Numbered from the stretch's first letter, positions 19,897 through 30,596 are shown. The stretch: DNA of 64,000 nt from Gammaproteobacteria bacterium (GCA_003250975.1 QKIY01000033.1:14086-78085), one strand, 5' to 3'. Program-made: numbers and translations. Notes: generated from the letters alone by a model not told the origin.

Positions 19897-19925
19897 GGTT
19901 TAATGACAAGTCAGGTGAGTCCAAT

Positions 19926-20201
19926 TTATTTCTTGTCGCCGCACTTGCCTTCGCCGCACTTGCCTTCGGTCTCTTTCTTCTCACCACACTTGCCTTCGGT
20001 CTCTTCCTTCTCACCACACTTGCCTTCGGTCTCTTCCTTCTCACCACAGTTGCCTTCGGCAACGACCATATAACCGCTGGCCAACTCATTCATAGCAAAC
20101 GGATTTTCAGCAGCCTGGGCAAAGGGAGTGGTCGCTAGTGACACGGCAAAGGTAGTGCCCAGTGCAGCAGCGATTGGTTTGAAAGTGGCTTTCTTGCTCA
20201 T
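19926..20201 (-). CDS. DUF2282/HvfA-like secreted precursor peptide with EGKCGE repeats
   Basis: Signal peptide (AAALGTTFAVSLATTPFAQA), then four EGKCGEKEET units ending EGKCGEGKCGDKK. Confidence 0.7.
   Translation of the reverse strand: MSKKATFKPIAAALGTTFAVSLATTPFAQAAENPFAMNELASGYMVVAEGNCGEKEETEGKCGEKEETEGKCGEKKETEGKCGEGKCGDKK
19936..20060. repeat. 30-bp tandem repeat (about 4 copies) encoding the EGKCGEKEET units of the precursor
   Basis: tcaccacacttgccttcggtctcttccttc is repeated head-to-tail on the + strand. Confidence 0.85.
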
Positions 20202-20378
20202 TGAGGATTCCTCCAGTTTAATTGATGTACAGGGTCATTCAAGACCCGTTTCTAATACTTTTGTATGCCTTTGAACCAGGTGATTGAGAATGACTTGCAT
20301 TTCCACCCTGTGCCCAACTGACAACAGAAGGATTGACAAGCCTTGATTTGAAAAGTTTCCGGAAAGTTTTACCGCTAA

Positions 20379-21869
20379 TTAATCTTCATGCCGGAGACGC
20401 ATGTGTGGGAATAGTATGACGTCCCGGATGGACGCCGAGTCTGTCAATAGCATGACCAGACGATCAATACCTACCCCTTCACCGGCCGCCGGCGGCATGC
20501 CGTATTCCAGCGCCAGGATATAGTCGGCATCGTAATGCATGGCCTCTTCATCACCGGCCTCTTTATTTTCAACCTGCATGCGGAAGCGTTCGGCCTGATC
20601 TTCGGCATCATTCAATTCGGAAAAACCATTGGCAATCTCACGACCACCGACAATCAGTTCAAAGCGATCAGTCACGGAAGGATCATCGTCCGAGCGTCTG
20701 GCCAGGGGTGAGACCTCGGTGGGATAGGCCGTGATAAAAGTCGGGTCCTTGAGATTTGGTTCAACCGTCTTTTCAAATATCTCAAGGAGTATTTTCCCGG
20801 GACCATAATTCTTTTCCAGAGAGATATTAAGTCTCTCAGCGATCTGCCTGAGCCTGTCCACGGATTCAAGATCGTTTGCGGTAATGCTAGTGTTCATCTT
20901 CAATATCGACTCCTTGAGAGTCATCGTCGCGAACGGCTGGCCGAAATCATAGATCTCCCCCTGATATTCAATAGACATCCCACCTGTGATTTCCCTAACC
21001 AATTGTCGCATCAGGTCTTCCGTCAGACGCATCATGTCTCGATAGTCCGCATAGGCCTCATAAAATTCCAGCATGGTAAATTCAGGATTATGCCGGGGTG
21101 AGAGACCTTCGTTACGGAAACTGCGATTGATCTCGAAGACTTTCTCGATACCACCTACCAACAACCTTTTCAGGTAAAGTTCGGGGGCAACCCGCAGGTA
21201 AAGCTGCATATCCAGGGCATTATGGTGAGTGATGAACGGTCGTGCCGCCGCCCCGCCCGGGATGACGTGCATCATAGGGGTTTCCACTTCCAGGTAACCG
21301 GCCTGCTTCAGGTAGTCACGCACGAAATCGATCACCCGGGAACGAACGGCAAAGGTTTCCCGCGTCGTTTCATTGGTGATCAGGTCAAGATAACGCTGGC
21401 GATAACGCGTTTCCTGATCAGTCAGACCGTGAAATTTTTCTGGCAGCGGCCGCAATGACTTCACGAGTAATTCGATATGTTCAACGTGAACGGAAAGCTC
21501 GCCTGTTTTGGTCCTGAACAGGCGACCTTCGATCCCGATGATGTCGCCCAGATCCCACTGTTTGAATTCTGCGTAGTGTCCTTCGGGGAGGTCATCACGC
21601 TTTACATAAAGCTGTATCCTCCCCGACATGTCCTGCAGGTGGGCAAAGGAGGCCTTGCCCATTACACGACGTGTCATCATACGACCTGCGAGCCTGACCC
21701 TGACAGCAAGGGATTCCAGCTCCTCATTGTCCTTACCCTGATACTGTTTTAACAGATCAGAGGCAAAGGTATCTCGCCGGAAATGATTGGGATAAGCCTG
21801 CCCCTGTTTGCGCAATGCCTCCAGTTGCTTTCGCCGCTGTGCGATCAGATCATTTTCATTTTCTGACAT
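20379..21869 (-). CDS. lysS: lysyl-tRNA synthetase (class II)
   Basis: About 495 aa with N-terminal anticodon-binding and class II core motifs. Sits immediately downstream of prfB, as in E. coli. Confidence 0.9.
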   Translation of the reverse strand: MSENENDLIAQRRKQLEALRKQGQAYPNHFRRDTFASDLLKQYQGKDNEELESLAVRVRLAGRMMTRRVMGKASFAHLQDMSGRIQLYVKRDDLPEGHYAEFKQWDLGDIIGIEGRLFRTKTGELSVHVEHIELLVKSLRPLPEKFHGLTDQETRYRQRYLDLITNETTRETFAVRSRVIDFVRDYLKQAGYLEVETPMMHVIPGGAAARPFITHHNALDMQLYLRVAPELYLKRLLVGGIEKVFEINRSFRNEGLSPRHNPEFTMLEFYEAYADYRDMMRLTEDLMRQLVREITGGMSIEYQGEIYDFGQPFATMTLKESILKMNTSITANDLESVDRLRQIAERLNISLEKNYGPGKILLEIFEKTVEPNLKDPTFITAYPTEVSPLARRSDDDPSVTDRFELIVGGREIANGFSELNDAEDQAERFRMQVENKEAGDEEAMHYDADYILALEYGMPPAAGEGVGIDRLVMLLTDSASIRDVILFPHMRLRHED

Positions 21870-21941
21870 AGTATATATTTGTAAATTTATTATTGTTGCT
21901 TAGGCCGGGATGATAACAATATCCGCCTCTTAGTTCAGATT

Positions 21942-23037
21942 TTACAGACCACTCTTCAGGCTGGCCTCGATAAACCTGTCCAAGTCGCCATCCAGAACCG
22001 CCTGGGTATTGCCCGTCTCCACACCGGTACGCAGGTCCTTTATACGTGACTGGTCAAGTACGTAGGATCGGATCTGGCTTCCCCAACCTATATCGGCCTT
22101 GGAGTCCTCCATAGCCTGCTTCTCCGAGTGACGCTTTAGCATCTCCAGTTCATAAAGTTTGGCCCTCAACTGACTCATGGCCTGGTCCTTGTTTTTGTGC
22201 TGCGAGCGTTGGCTCTGGCACTGTACCACGATACCGGAGGGTTCATGGGTAATACGCACCGCCGAATCAGTCTTGTTGACATGCTGACCCCCTGCCCCGC
22301 TGGCGCGGTAGGTATCAATTCTCAGGTCAGCAGGGTTGATCTCGATATCTATACTCTCATCAATTTCAGGCGAGACGAAGACTGAAGCAAAAGAGGTATG
22401 TCTGCGGTTACCAGAATCAAACGGCGACTTACGCACCAGCCGGTGGACGCCGGTTTCGGTACGCAGCCATCCATAGGCATAATCGCCTTCGAACCTTACC
22501 GTCGCGCTTTTTATACCAGCCACTTCCCCTGCTGACACCTCGATGAGTTCAGTCTTGAAACCATGGTCTTCGCCCCAGTGCAGGTACATGCGTAATAACA
22601 TCTCTGCCCAGTCCTGCGCCTCGGTCCCGCCTGAACCGGACTGGATATCTAGGAAAGCATTATTGGGATCCAACTCACCGGAAAACATGCGCTGGAATTC
22701 CAGTGCCTCGATAGTTTTTACAATGCCCGCGACATCGTTTTCCACTGAGGTAATGGTTGCCATGTCATCCTCACCTTCGGCCAGTGACAACAATTCGGAT
22801 GCGTCATTCAATCCATTGTCTATTTCCTGTAGACCGTGGACCACCGATTCCAGCGAGGCGCGTTCTTTCCCCAGCGCCTGGGCCGCTTCCGGGTTATCCC
22901 AAACCCCTGGATCAGCAAGCAGGTGTTCGACCTCGGTCAGGCGTTCGGATTTGCCTTCGTAGTCAAAGATACCCCCTAAGCGCCTCGGAGCGCTTACGCA
23001 GTTCCCTGATTTGGGTGAGGATTGGATTGATTTCTGT
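21942..23037 (-). CDS. prfB: peptide chain release factor 2 (requires programmed +1 frameshift)
   Basis: The frame-0 leader [25 protein letters not shown] ends in CTT TGA C. The +1 frame then continues [12 protein letters not shown]..., with SPF and GGQ ([19 protein letters not shown]) motifs. Confidence 0.9.
22963..22970 (-). other. prfB: prfB programmed +1 ribosomal frameshift site (CTT TGA C preceded by an AGGGGG SD-like element)
   Basis: The minus strand reads AGG GGG TAT CTT TGA CTA CGA. This is the classic RF2 autoregulatory shifty site. Confidence 0.85.
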
Positions 23038-23110
23038 CATGGTCTTCTGTGTTGTACTGCAGCCTGCGCAAAGCGCCCTATTCTAACGTCAAACGAAAAA
23101 CAGTTAAGTA

Positions 23111-24856
23111 TTATTTATTCTGCTCTCCATGCAAGGGCTCAATATAATCCAGTACCAGTTGTAATTGCTGTCTACCGGCGAATTCATTGATATCGAGCCT
23201 ATAAGCGGTCCTGACCCTCGCGCAACTTTCAGGCCAGCCCTCGTCTGTATTATTAAAAGCGATGGCTTCGATAAGCCGCCCGTCATCCAGGTGACGCAAT
23301 TGCAGCTTGAGGTGCATCTCGCCAACTATACGGCTGCTGACCAATTCAAATTCCCCTTCAAAGATCGGTTCCGGGAAACCCTGTCCCCAGGGCCCTCCCT
23401 CCCTGATCTGCCGGGCAAGCGTCATGGAGATATCATTTCCCCTTAACTCACCATCGGAAAACAGTGTGCCCTCCGGTGCCCCGGCTTCCATGAAGTGACC
23501 GATTGTCTCTTCGAACAACCGGCTGAACTCGTCAAGGCAATCTTCCTTGATCGTCAGGCCCGCTGCCATGGCGTGGCCGCCAAATTTGTTGATGATATCC
23601 GGATGCCGATTGGCAATGGTATCCAGCACGTCCCGGATATGGACGCCATGAACAGAGCGCGCCGAGCCCTTCAGGTAACCCTCCCTGTCACAGGCAAATG
23701 CGATTACCGGTCGATGCAGGTGGTCCTTGATCCTCGAGGCCAGGATGCCGACTACCCCCTGGTGCCAGTCTTTATTAAATAGGCAAAGCCCGTTGGGCAA
23801 GGCTTCCTGTTTGTCCAACGCCATTTTCTCAAGGTCATCCAGGGCCTGCTCATGCATCTCGGCCTGAATCTGACGCCGTTCCCTGTTCAGCCTGTCCAGT
23901 TGCTGCGCGTGTTGCCTGGCCTGGTCCGGGTCGTCCGTCAACAGACACTCGATACCTAGCGACATATCCTCCAGTCGGCCAGCGGCATTCAGGCGCGGCG
24001 CGACAGAGAAAGCCAGGTCCTGTGCACTGATATTTTTCAGTGAGCGGTTAGCAGTCCCTAGCAGGGCCCGGACCCCTTCACAACATTTACCCGCGCGTAT
24101 TCGCGCCAGCCCTTGTGCCACTAGGATGCGGTTGTTCCTGTCCAAGGGCACCACGTCGGCCACTGTGCCGAGTGCTACGAGGTCCAGCAACCCCGCGAGA
24201 TTGGGTTCTTTGATGGCCTGCCTGTCAAACCAGCCACCATCACGTAGCTTGCCACGCAGGGCAATCAGGATATAGAACATCACGCCGACACCCGCGAGCG
24301 CCTTGCTGGGAAAACTGTCACCCGACTGGTTTGGATTGACGATCGCATTGGCCCGGGGCAACGATTCACCAGGCAGATGGTGGTCCGTAATCAGGATATC
24401 GATACCTAGTGACCTCGCCATGGTCACCCCCTCGATACTGGCGATTCCGTTATCGACGGTGATAATCAACTCAGGTCGCATTGGCAGGGCTGCCTCAACA
24501 ATCTCAGGACTGAGGCCATAGCCGTACTCGAAGCGATTGGGGACTAGGTATTGCACCTGGGTTGCCCCCATAGCCGTCAGTCCACGCATAGCTACTGCGC
24601 AACTGGTTGCACCGTCTGCATCAAAATCACCCACTATCAGAATCCGTTTATTATTCATAATGGCCCCGGCAACTAGTGCGACTGCCTGGTCCATCCCCGA
24701 GAGGGCGTAACAGGGCAACAGGCCCTTTAATGAATAATCTAGCTCCTCTGCGGAACGGATATCCCGGGAGGCATAGATTCGCTGCAATACCGGATGCATA
24801 CTGCCGGGTAACTCGACATGCAGGGATGCTTCGCGGCGGGTAAAGGTGACTCGCAT
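23111..24856 (-). CDS. recJ: single-stranded-DNA-specific exonuclease RecJ
   Basis: DHH/DHHA1 architecture (ILIVGDFDADGATS...ITDHH), about 580 aa. Confidence 0.9.
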   Translation of the reverse strand: MRVTFTRREASLHVELPGSMHPVLQRIYASRDIRSAEELDYSLKGLLPCYALSGMDQAVALVAGAIMNNKRILIVGDFDADGATSCAVAMRGLTAMGATQVQYLVPNRFEYGYGLSPEIVEAALPMRPELIITVDNGIASIEGVTMARSLGIDILITDHHLPGESLPRANAIVNPNQSGDSFPSKALAGVGVMFYILIALRGKLRDGGWFDRQAIKEPNLAGLLDLVALGTVADVVPLDRNNRILVAQGLARIRAGKCCEGVRALLGTANRSLKNISAQDLAFSVAPRLNAAGRLEDMSLGIECLLTDDPDQARQHAQQLDRLNRERRQIQAEMHEQALDDLEKMALDKQEALPNGLCLFNKDWHQGVVGILASRIKDHLHRPVIAFACDREGYLKGSARSVHGVHIRDVLDTIANRHPDIINKFGGHAMAAGLTIKEDCLDEFSRLFEETIGHFMEAGAPEGTLFSDGELRGNDISMTLARQIREGGPWGQGFPEPIFEGEFELVSSRIVGEMHLKLQLRHLDDGRLIEAIAFNNTDEGWPESCARVRTAYRLDINEFAGRQQLQLVLDYIEPLHGEQNK

Positions 24857-24864
24857 GATCTATC

Positions 24865-25890
24865 TCAATATCTGTAATAGGAAACGATCGATCGCGGACG
24901 CTTCCAGAACTTGTAGAAAGAGGTCTTGCTCGCCCGGAATACCTGCCCTTCCGTTAACAGGGTCAGTTTCTCGATTACGCCTGAGTCGAGGTAATCCAGC
25001 AGGCCTGTAAACCAGCAGGATTCCAGGTAGGAAATAAAATCCTGCCAGCCCGCCAGATCATGATACCGACGGTGACGCTGACCGAACGACAGTACCAGTA
25101 ATATGTCTTCCCCAAACAAGGCCTCTTTCATGATCTGTTCGATGGAATCCGGCGGGTCATCATAGGACGTATCCGCCAGTACCGCACAGGAACGGCTGAT
25201 CTCCTCATCACAATAGACCATGGACCAGGGGGATGAAAAACTGTCGGGGAGGCGCCCGCATCCCCAGAGCCAGAGCGAATTAATCTCCAGTTCGCCCCTT
25301 TGCCTGCGTATCTCGTTTAGCGGACTGGCATGAAGACACATCTGCAACTCATTCATTAACTTCGCCCAGTGATTTCTTTCCGGACCGGTCGGCAAATAAG
25401 GATGTATATCACGGCCAGTGACCTCATGGATTGGCGTGGTTGCAAGTTGCGGCAACTCATTCATCCGGAGATACCAGCGGTTGGTGACAGGCGCCTCCAG
25501 TACCATTCCGTAATCCGCCAGCAGGTTACGAACATCACTGGCAAGCACCAGGGCATCATGCTGGTCCAGCTCAAACATGGTCTGGTCCAGCAGGATCAGC
25601 TGGTGCTGGTCGGCCAGAAGATGGACCGGATCAGCCCGCATCCATACACCTTCGGACTCAAAATCGTCATCCAGCTGATGGGTGATGGCCGCAATGGGAA
25701 GGTCGCCCGCATCCTCATGTTGCAGTTCAAAAAGGCCGGCCAGCAAATCTACAAATTGAAAGTAATTGTGTTTCTTGCGACTGGCAATGGCCAGCAATCT
25801 TTCCAGTGCGGGGATGGCGGGAATATCCTGTTTAGACAGGTTAGCGGAGGGGAACAGCAGACCGGGAATAAACAGGCAGAGATTAGCCAT
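24865..25890 (-). CDS. conserved hypothetical cytoplasmic protein
   Basis: 341 aa with no recognisable motif. It sits tightly between thrC (8 nt downstream of recJ-side) and recJ on the same strand, which argues for a real gene. Confidence 0.5.
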   Translation of the reverse strand: MANLCLFIPGLLFPSANLSKQDIPAIPALERLLAIASRKKHNYFQFVDLLAGLFELQHEDAGDLPIAAITHQLDDDFESEGVWMRADPVHLLADQHQLILLDQTMFELDQHDALVLASDVRNLLADYGMVLEAPVTNRWYLRMNELPQLATTPIHEVTGRDIHPYLPTGPERNHWAKLMNELQMCLHASPLNEIRRQRGELEINSLWLWGCGRLPDSFSSPWSMVYCDEEISRSCAVLADTSYDDPPDSIEQIMKEALFGEDILLVLSFGQRHRRYHDLAGWQDFISYLESCWFTGLLDYLDSGVIEKLTLLTEGQVFRASKTSFYKFWKRPRSIVSYYRY

Positions 25891-25931
25891 AACGGTTCAC
25901 TGCTGTGCCCCCGGAATATTTAACAAGCTGT

Positions 25932-27071
25932 TCACCCCAGGTTATCGTGGATGGCCTTCTTTACCTGATCAAGTTTTGCCTCTACCTTGACGACCGGCGC
26001 CGTACTCTGGGCGATCGCAGTATCCGGGTCTTTCAAGCCGTGGCCGGTGAGCGTACAAACCACGGTGCTGCTTGCCTCAATTTTGCCTGATTTAATATCA
26101 CGCATCGCGCCGGCAAGCGACGTGGCCGATGCAGGTTCACAAAATACCCCTTCCCTTTCCGCCAGCAGTTTTTGAGCCTCCAAGATCTCATCATCCGTAC
26201 ATTCATCAAACCAGCCGCCGGATTCCTTGTTGACGATCCAGGCCTGGTCCCAGGACTGGGGATGACCAATACGAATGGCGGTGGCAACTGTTTCCGGATT
26301 GTCCACCATCTTGCCGCGCATGAAAGGCGCCGAGCCGCTGGCTTGGTAGCCTACCATCTTGGGGCGCTGGCCGGTAATGGCACCGGCAAAACGGCAATGT
26401 CCCTGGCACAGGGTGCAGGCGGCGGTGACGCTCTCGGCCTCGCCACAGGCATATTCGCTGTAGCCGATCCAGTGGGCAGTAATATTTCCGGCATTCCCGA
26501 CCGGCAGGCAATGGTAATCAGGGGCCCTGCCAAGTTCCTCCACGATCTCGAATGCGGCGGTCTTTTGTCCTTGCAGACGGAAGGGATTGATCGAGTTGAC
26601 GATAGTAACCGGTGACTCCACTGCCACTTCCTTGACTAGGCGCATGCCGTCATCAAAGTTGCCCATAATCTGTACTATCACGGCACCCTCCATCATGGCT
26701 TGTGCCAACTTGCCCTGGGCGATCTTGCCGTCCGGTATGAGGACGAAGGCGGTAATGCCGGCGCGCGCCGCATAGGCCGCTGCCGATGCTGAAGTATTGC
26801 CGGTCGAGGCACAGATAATCGCCTTCGAACCCTCTTCCACAGCCTTGGTCACCGCCATGGTCATGCCCCTATCCTTGAAGGAGCCAGTCGGGTTCAGACC
26901 TTCATACTTCACATAGATATCCACGTTCTTGCCGAGCATGGATGGAATATTATGCAGTCGGATCAACGGAGTATTGCCCTCACCCAGACTGATAATCCGC
27001 GTATCATCGTGCACCGGCAGGCGGTCACGGTAACGCTCGATTAGACCTGTATAACGTTGTCTAAATGACAT
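25932..27071 (-). CDS. thrC: threonine synthase
   Basis: PLP-lysine region GLNPTGSFKDRGMT. Confidence 0.85.
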   Translation of the reverse strand: MSFRQRYTGLIERYRDRLPVHDDTRIISLGEGNTPLIRLHNIPSMLGKNVDIYVKYEGLNPTGSFKDRGMTMAVTKAVEEGSKAIICASTGNTSASAAAYAARAGITAFVLIPDGKIAQGKLAQAMMEGAVIVQIMGNFDDGMRLVKEVAVESPVTIVNSINPFRLQGQKTAAFEIVEELGRAPDYHCLPVGNAGNITAHWIGYSEYACGEAESVTAACTLCQGHCRFAGAITGQRPKMVGYQASGSAPFMRGKMVDNPETVATAIRIGHPQSWDQAWIVNKESGGWFDECTDDEILEAQKLLAEREGVFCEPASATSLAGAMRDIKSGKIEASSTVVCTLTGHGLKDPDTAIAQSTAPVVKVEAKLDQVKKAIHDNLG

Positions 27072-27122
27072 GATTATTACTTTTTGCTTTTCCGTTTGAA
27101 ATTTTATTTTTCATTTCACTGC

Positions 27123-28433
27123 CTACGCCAGGGGATCCATGCGGATCCGCATGACGGTACCGTTGATATGCTCCAGCGCCTCCAGTTGTTTGATGGCCTG
27201 GTTCATGTTCTTCTCCTTGACTGCCTGAGTCAGGATGATAACAGGGACAAACTTAGCACCCTCCACCGGCTCCCGTTGCAGGATCGCTTCGATGCTGATC
27301 CCCAGTTCCCCTAATATACGGGTGACATCGGCCAGTACTCCGGGCCGGTCCACGGCCTGCATGCGCAGATAATAGGCCGTCGAGATCTCTTCCATGGGCA
27401 GGATCTCTTCTGATGAAAGGGCGTCGGATTGAAAGGCCAGGTGTGGGACCCGGTTACCGGGATCTGTCGTAAAGGCCCGGACAATATCCACCAGGTCAGC
27501 GACGACTGCCGAGGCCGTCGGGTCTGCCCCGGCACCTGCGCCATAATAGATAGTAGGCCCTACGGCATCGCCGACCACCAGCACGGCATTCCGGACGCCA
27601 TCGACATTGGCGATCAGCCGCCGCTCAGGAATCAGGGTCGGGTGGACTCTCAGTTCCACGCCCTCGGGCATACGCCTGGCTATACCAAGGTGTTTGATGC
27701 GATAACCGAAACGCTCGGCAAAGCCAATATCTTCTATGGTGATATCTGTGATCCCTTCGATATAGACTTTGTCAAACTGCAAGGGAATACCAAAGGCAAT
27801 CGCCGCGAGTATGGTCAGCTTGTGAGCCGCATCGATTCCTTCCACATCAATAGCAGGGTTTGCCTCAGCGTATCCCAATGCCTGTGCCTCGGCCAAGACA
27901 TCGTCAAAACTCCGGGCCTGTTCCCGCATAGCGGTCAAAATGAAATTGGTAGTCCCGTTAATGATCCCGGCGACCGAGGAAATGGTATTGCCGGCTAAGC
28001 CCTCGCGGATGGCCTTGATGATGGGGATACCACCTGCCACCGCTGCCTCGAAGGCAACAATTACACCTTCACGAGTCGCGGCCTCGAAGATCTCGTTCCC
28101 GTGAATGGCGATCAGCGCCTTGTTGGCGGTTACCACGTGCTTGCCGTTTCGAATGGCCTGCAGGACCAGTTCACGGGCAGGCTCTGTGCCACCAATAAGT
28201 TCGGCGACAATTTCGACATCCGGATGGTTGACCACGGCAAACGGGTCAGTGAGTATTTCGATCCCGTCTAGGGGGAATTGCCGCGGCTTGTCCAGATCAC
28301 GGGCGCTGGCGTGCGTGACGATGATGCCCCTCCCTGCACGGCGCGCTATCTCTTCGGCATTACGCTTCAACACACTTATAGTGCCGCCGCCCACCGTGCC
28401 CAGTCCCAATAATCCTACCTTTACCGGTTGCAT
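27123..28433 (-). CDS. hom: homoserine dehydrogenase with C-terminal ACT domain
   Basis: VGLLGLGTVGGG NAD-binding N-terminus, about 435 aa. Confidence 0.9.
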   Translation of the reverse strand: MQPVKVGLLGLGTVGGGTISVLKRNAEEIARRAGRGIIVTHASARDLDKPRQFPLDGIEILTDPFAVVNHPDVEIVAELIGGTEPARELVLQAIRNGKHVVTANKALIAIHGNEIFEAATREGVIVAFEAAVAGGIPIIKAIREGLAGNTISSVAGIINGTTNFILTAMREQARSFDDVLAEAQALGYAEANPAIDVEGIDAAHKLTILAAIAFGIPLQFDKVYIEGITDITIEDIGFAERFGYRIKHLGIARRMPEGVELRVHPTLIPERRLIANVDGVRNAVLVVGDAVGPTIYYGAGAGADPTASAVVADLVDIVRAFTTDPGNRVPHLAFQSDALSSEEILPMEEISTAYYLRMQAVDRPGVLADVTRILGELGISIEAILQREPVEGAKFVPVIILTQAVKEKNMNQAIKQLEALEHINGTVMRIRMDPLA

Positions 28434-28467
28434 AGCTATCGTTCTCTTGATGAACTCTGTGTGTCGT

Positions 28468-29685
28468 CTAATCCGCTACCGTGGAACTCAGGGCTTCTTC
28501 ACGCAACATTGCCCGTATCCCCCGGATTGCCTGACGGGTGCGGTGTTCGTTTTCAATCAGGGCAAAGCGTACGAATTGATCGCCGTATTCACCGAAACCG
28601 ATGCCGGGGGACACGGCCACCTTGGCCTCGATCAAGACCTTTTTGGAGAACTCCAGCGAACCCATCTGCCGGTATTGCTCGGGGATGGGTGCCCAGACAA
28701 ACATGGTGCCTTTGGGTTTTTCCACCGACCAGCCCACTGCATTAAGCCCGTCACAAAGTACATCCCGGCGGCTTCTATACATGTCCCGAGTATCCAAGAC
28801 GCACTGCTGGTCCCCCTCCAGCGCTGTTATCGCGGCCACCTGGATCGGGGTGTAAAGACCATAATCCAAATAGGACTTCAGCCGCGCCAGGGCATTTACC
28901 AGAACCGGATTTCCCACCATAAAGCCAACACGCCAGCCCGGCATGTTATAACTCTTCGACAGGGTAAAGAATTCCACTGCGATATCCTTGGCGCCGGGCA
29001 CCTGCAGGATGGACGGGGCCTTGTAGCCATCAAAGACGATATCGGCATAGGCCAGGTCCTGTATCACCCAGATTCCATGCTCCCTGGCAATATCGATTAC
29101 CTTTTCAAAAAAGGACAGTTCGACGCATTCGGTGGTCGGATTACTGGGAAAATTTAAAAGCAGCAATTTCGGTTTCGGCCAGCTATCGCGTATCGCCTTT
29201 TCCAGTTCGGCAAAGAAATCATAACCCGGGCCAATCGGGACATGGCGGACATCGGCGCCGGCGATGACGAAACCGAAGGGATGGATAGGATATGACGGAT
29301 TTGGCACAAGGACGGCATCGCCCTTGTCAACGATCGCCATGGCCAGGTGGGCCAGGCCTTCCTTGGAACCCAGTGTGACAATGGCCTCGGTTTCGGGGTC
29401 AAGACCTACCTCATAACGTTGCTTGTACCAGTTGCAGATAGCCCTGCGTAGGCGTGGGATGCCGCGTGACCAAGAATAACGATGGGTATCCTGGCGGTTG
29501 GCGACTTCGGTCAGCTTGTCGACGATATGTTGCGGGGTCGGCTGGTCCGGATTGCCCATGCCAAAATCGATGATGTCTTCGCCACGGTGGCGTGCGGCCA
29601 TCTTCAGCTCATTTACGATGCTGAATACGTAGGGCGGCAAGCGGTTAATTCTTGGAAAATCCTCGTTCAAGTTAATCTGATCCAT
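28468..29685 (-). CDS. alaC: PLP-dependent aminotransferase (AlaC/YfdZ-like alanine transaminase)
   Basis: Very close to the E. coli AlaC N-terminal region (RLPPYVF...[18 protein letters not shown]...[10 protein letters not shown]), about 400 aa. Confidence 0.8.
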   Translation of the reverse strand: MDQINLNEDFPRINRLPPYVFSIVNELKMAARHRGEDIIDFGMGNPDQPTPQHIVDKLTEVANRQDTHRYSWSRGIPRLRRAICNWYKQRYEVGLDPETEAIVTLGSKEGLAHLAMAIVDKGDAVLVPNPSYPIHPFGFVIAGADVRHVPIGPGYDFFAELEKAIRDSWPKPKLLLLNFPSNPTTECVELSFFEKVIDIAREHGIWVIQDLAYADIVFDGYKAPSILQVPGAKDIAVEFFTLSKSYNMPGWRVGFMVGNPVLVNALARLKSYLDYGLYTPIQVAAITALEGDQQCVLDTRDMYRSRRDVLCDGLNAVGWSVEKPKGTMFVWAPIPEQYRQMGSLEFSKKVLIEAKVAVSPGIGFGEYGDQFVRFALIENEHRTRQAIRGIRAMLREEALSSTVAD

Positions 29686-29766
29686 CGGTTAAAAAGCGCA
29701 TGAGTATACGGTATAGATTGAATTCCGTCATGGCCCTGTCTGTTATTTTCTTGCTCACGTATACTG

Positions 29767-30596
29767 TTGATTATGACAAGAATTGCCGCCCTGCAAATGG
29801 TCTCCACCGACAATGTCGATGAAAATCTTGATGCCGCGGCCCGGCTTATCCATGATGCAGTCAAGGACAAGGCCGAATTTCTGCTCTTGCCGGAAAACTT
29901 CCCCCTCATGGGCCATGATGAATGTGACAAGCTATCCATTATAGAGCCCTATGGAAAGGGACCCATCCAGGATTTCCTCAGCCGTCAGGCCCTTGACCAT
30001 GGCATCTGGTTAATGGGCGGGACCATTCCGCTAGAAGCCCGTCGTCCGGACCGGGTCCGGGCAGCCAGCCTGTTGTACAATCCACAAGGTGAATGTATCG
30101 CACGCTATGACAAGATTCACCTGTTTGATGTCTCGGTTCACGGTGAACTGGATGAAACCTATAATGAATCCGGCACTATTGAGGCAGGAGATGAGATGGT
30201 CGTAGCCCAGGCGCCCTTCGCCAATATTGGCATGTCAGTCTGTTACGACCTCCGCTTTCCAGAATTGTATCGTAATATGCACCTGCGTGACGTCAACCTA
30301 ATCACCGTCCCCTCGGCATTCACCGCGACAACGGGGAAGGTGCATTGGGAGACACTATTACGTGCGCGCGCCGTGGAGAACCTATGTTACGTTGTAGCTT
30401 CCAACCAAGGAGGTGTCCATGTGAATGGTCGCGAGACCTGGGGTCACAGCATGATTATCAACCCCTGGGGTGATATCCTAGCCCGTGTTGGCATGGGAGA
30501 AGGCATCGCCTGCGCCGATATCAACCTGAAACAGCAACAATCTTTAAGGGAACGGTTTCCCGCACTCACTCATCGTAAGTTGCATTGCCATAAATA

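Noticed and set aside
22543-23086. Two + strand ORFs (139 and 109 aa) over the prfB frameshift region
   Set aside because: They are antisense to prfB. The real coding is the two-frame RF2 on the minus strand.
25369-25923. 184-aa + strand ORF inside the 24865-25890 hypothetical gene
   Set aside because: The minus-strand ORF is longer and fits the co-directional, tightly spaced array of thrC and recJ.
28105-29157. 350-aa + strand ORF spanning the hom / aminotransferase junction
   Set aside because: It is antisense to two strongly conserved genes. Long antisense ORFs are expected at this GC content.
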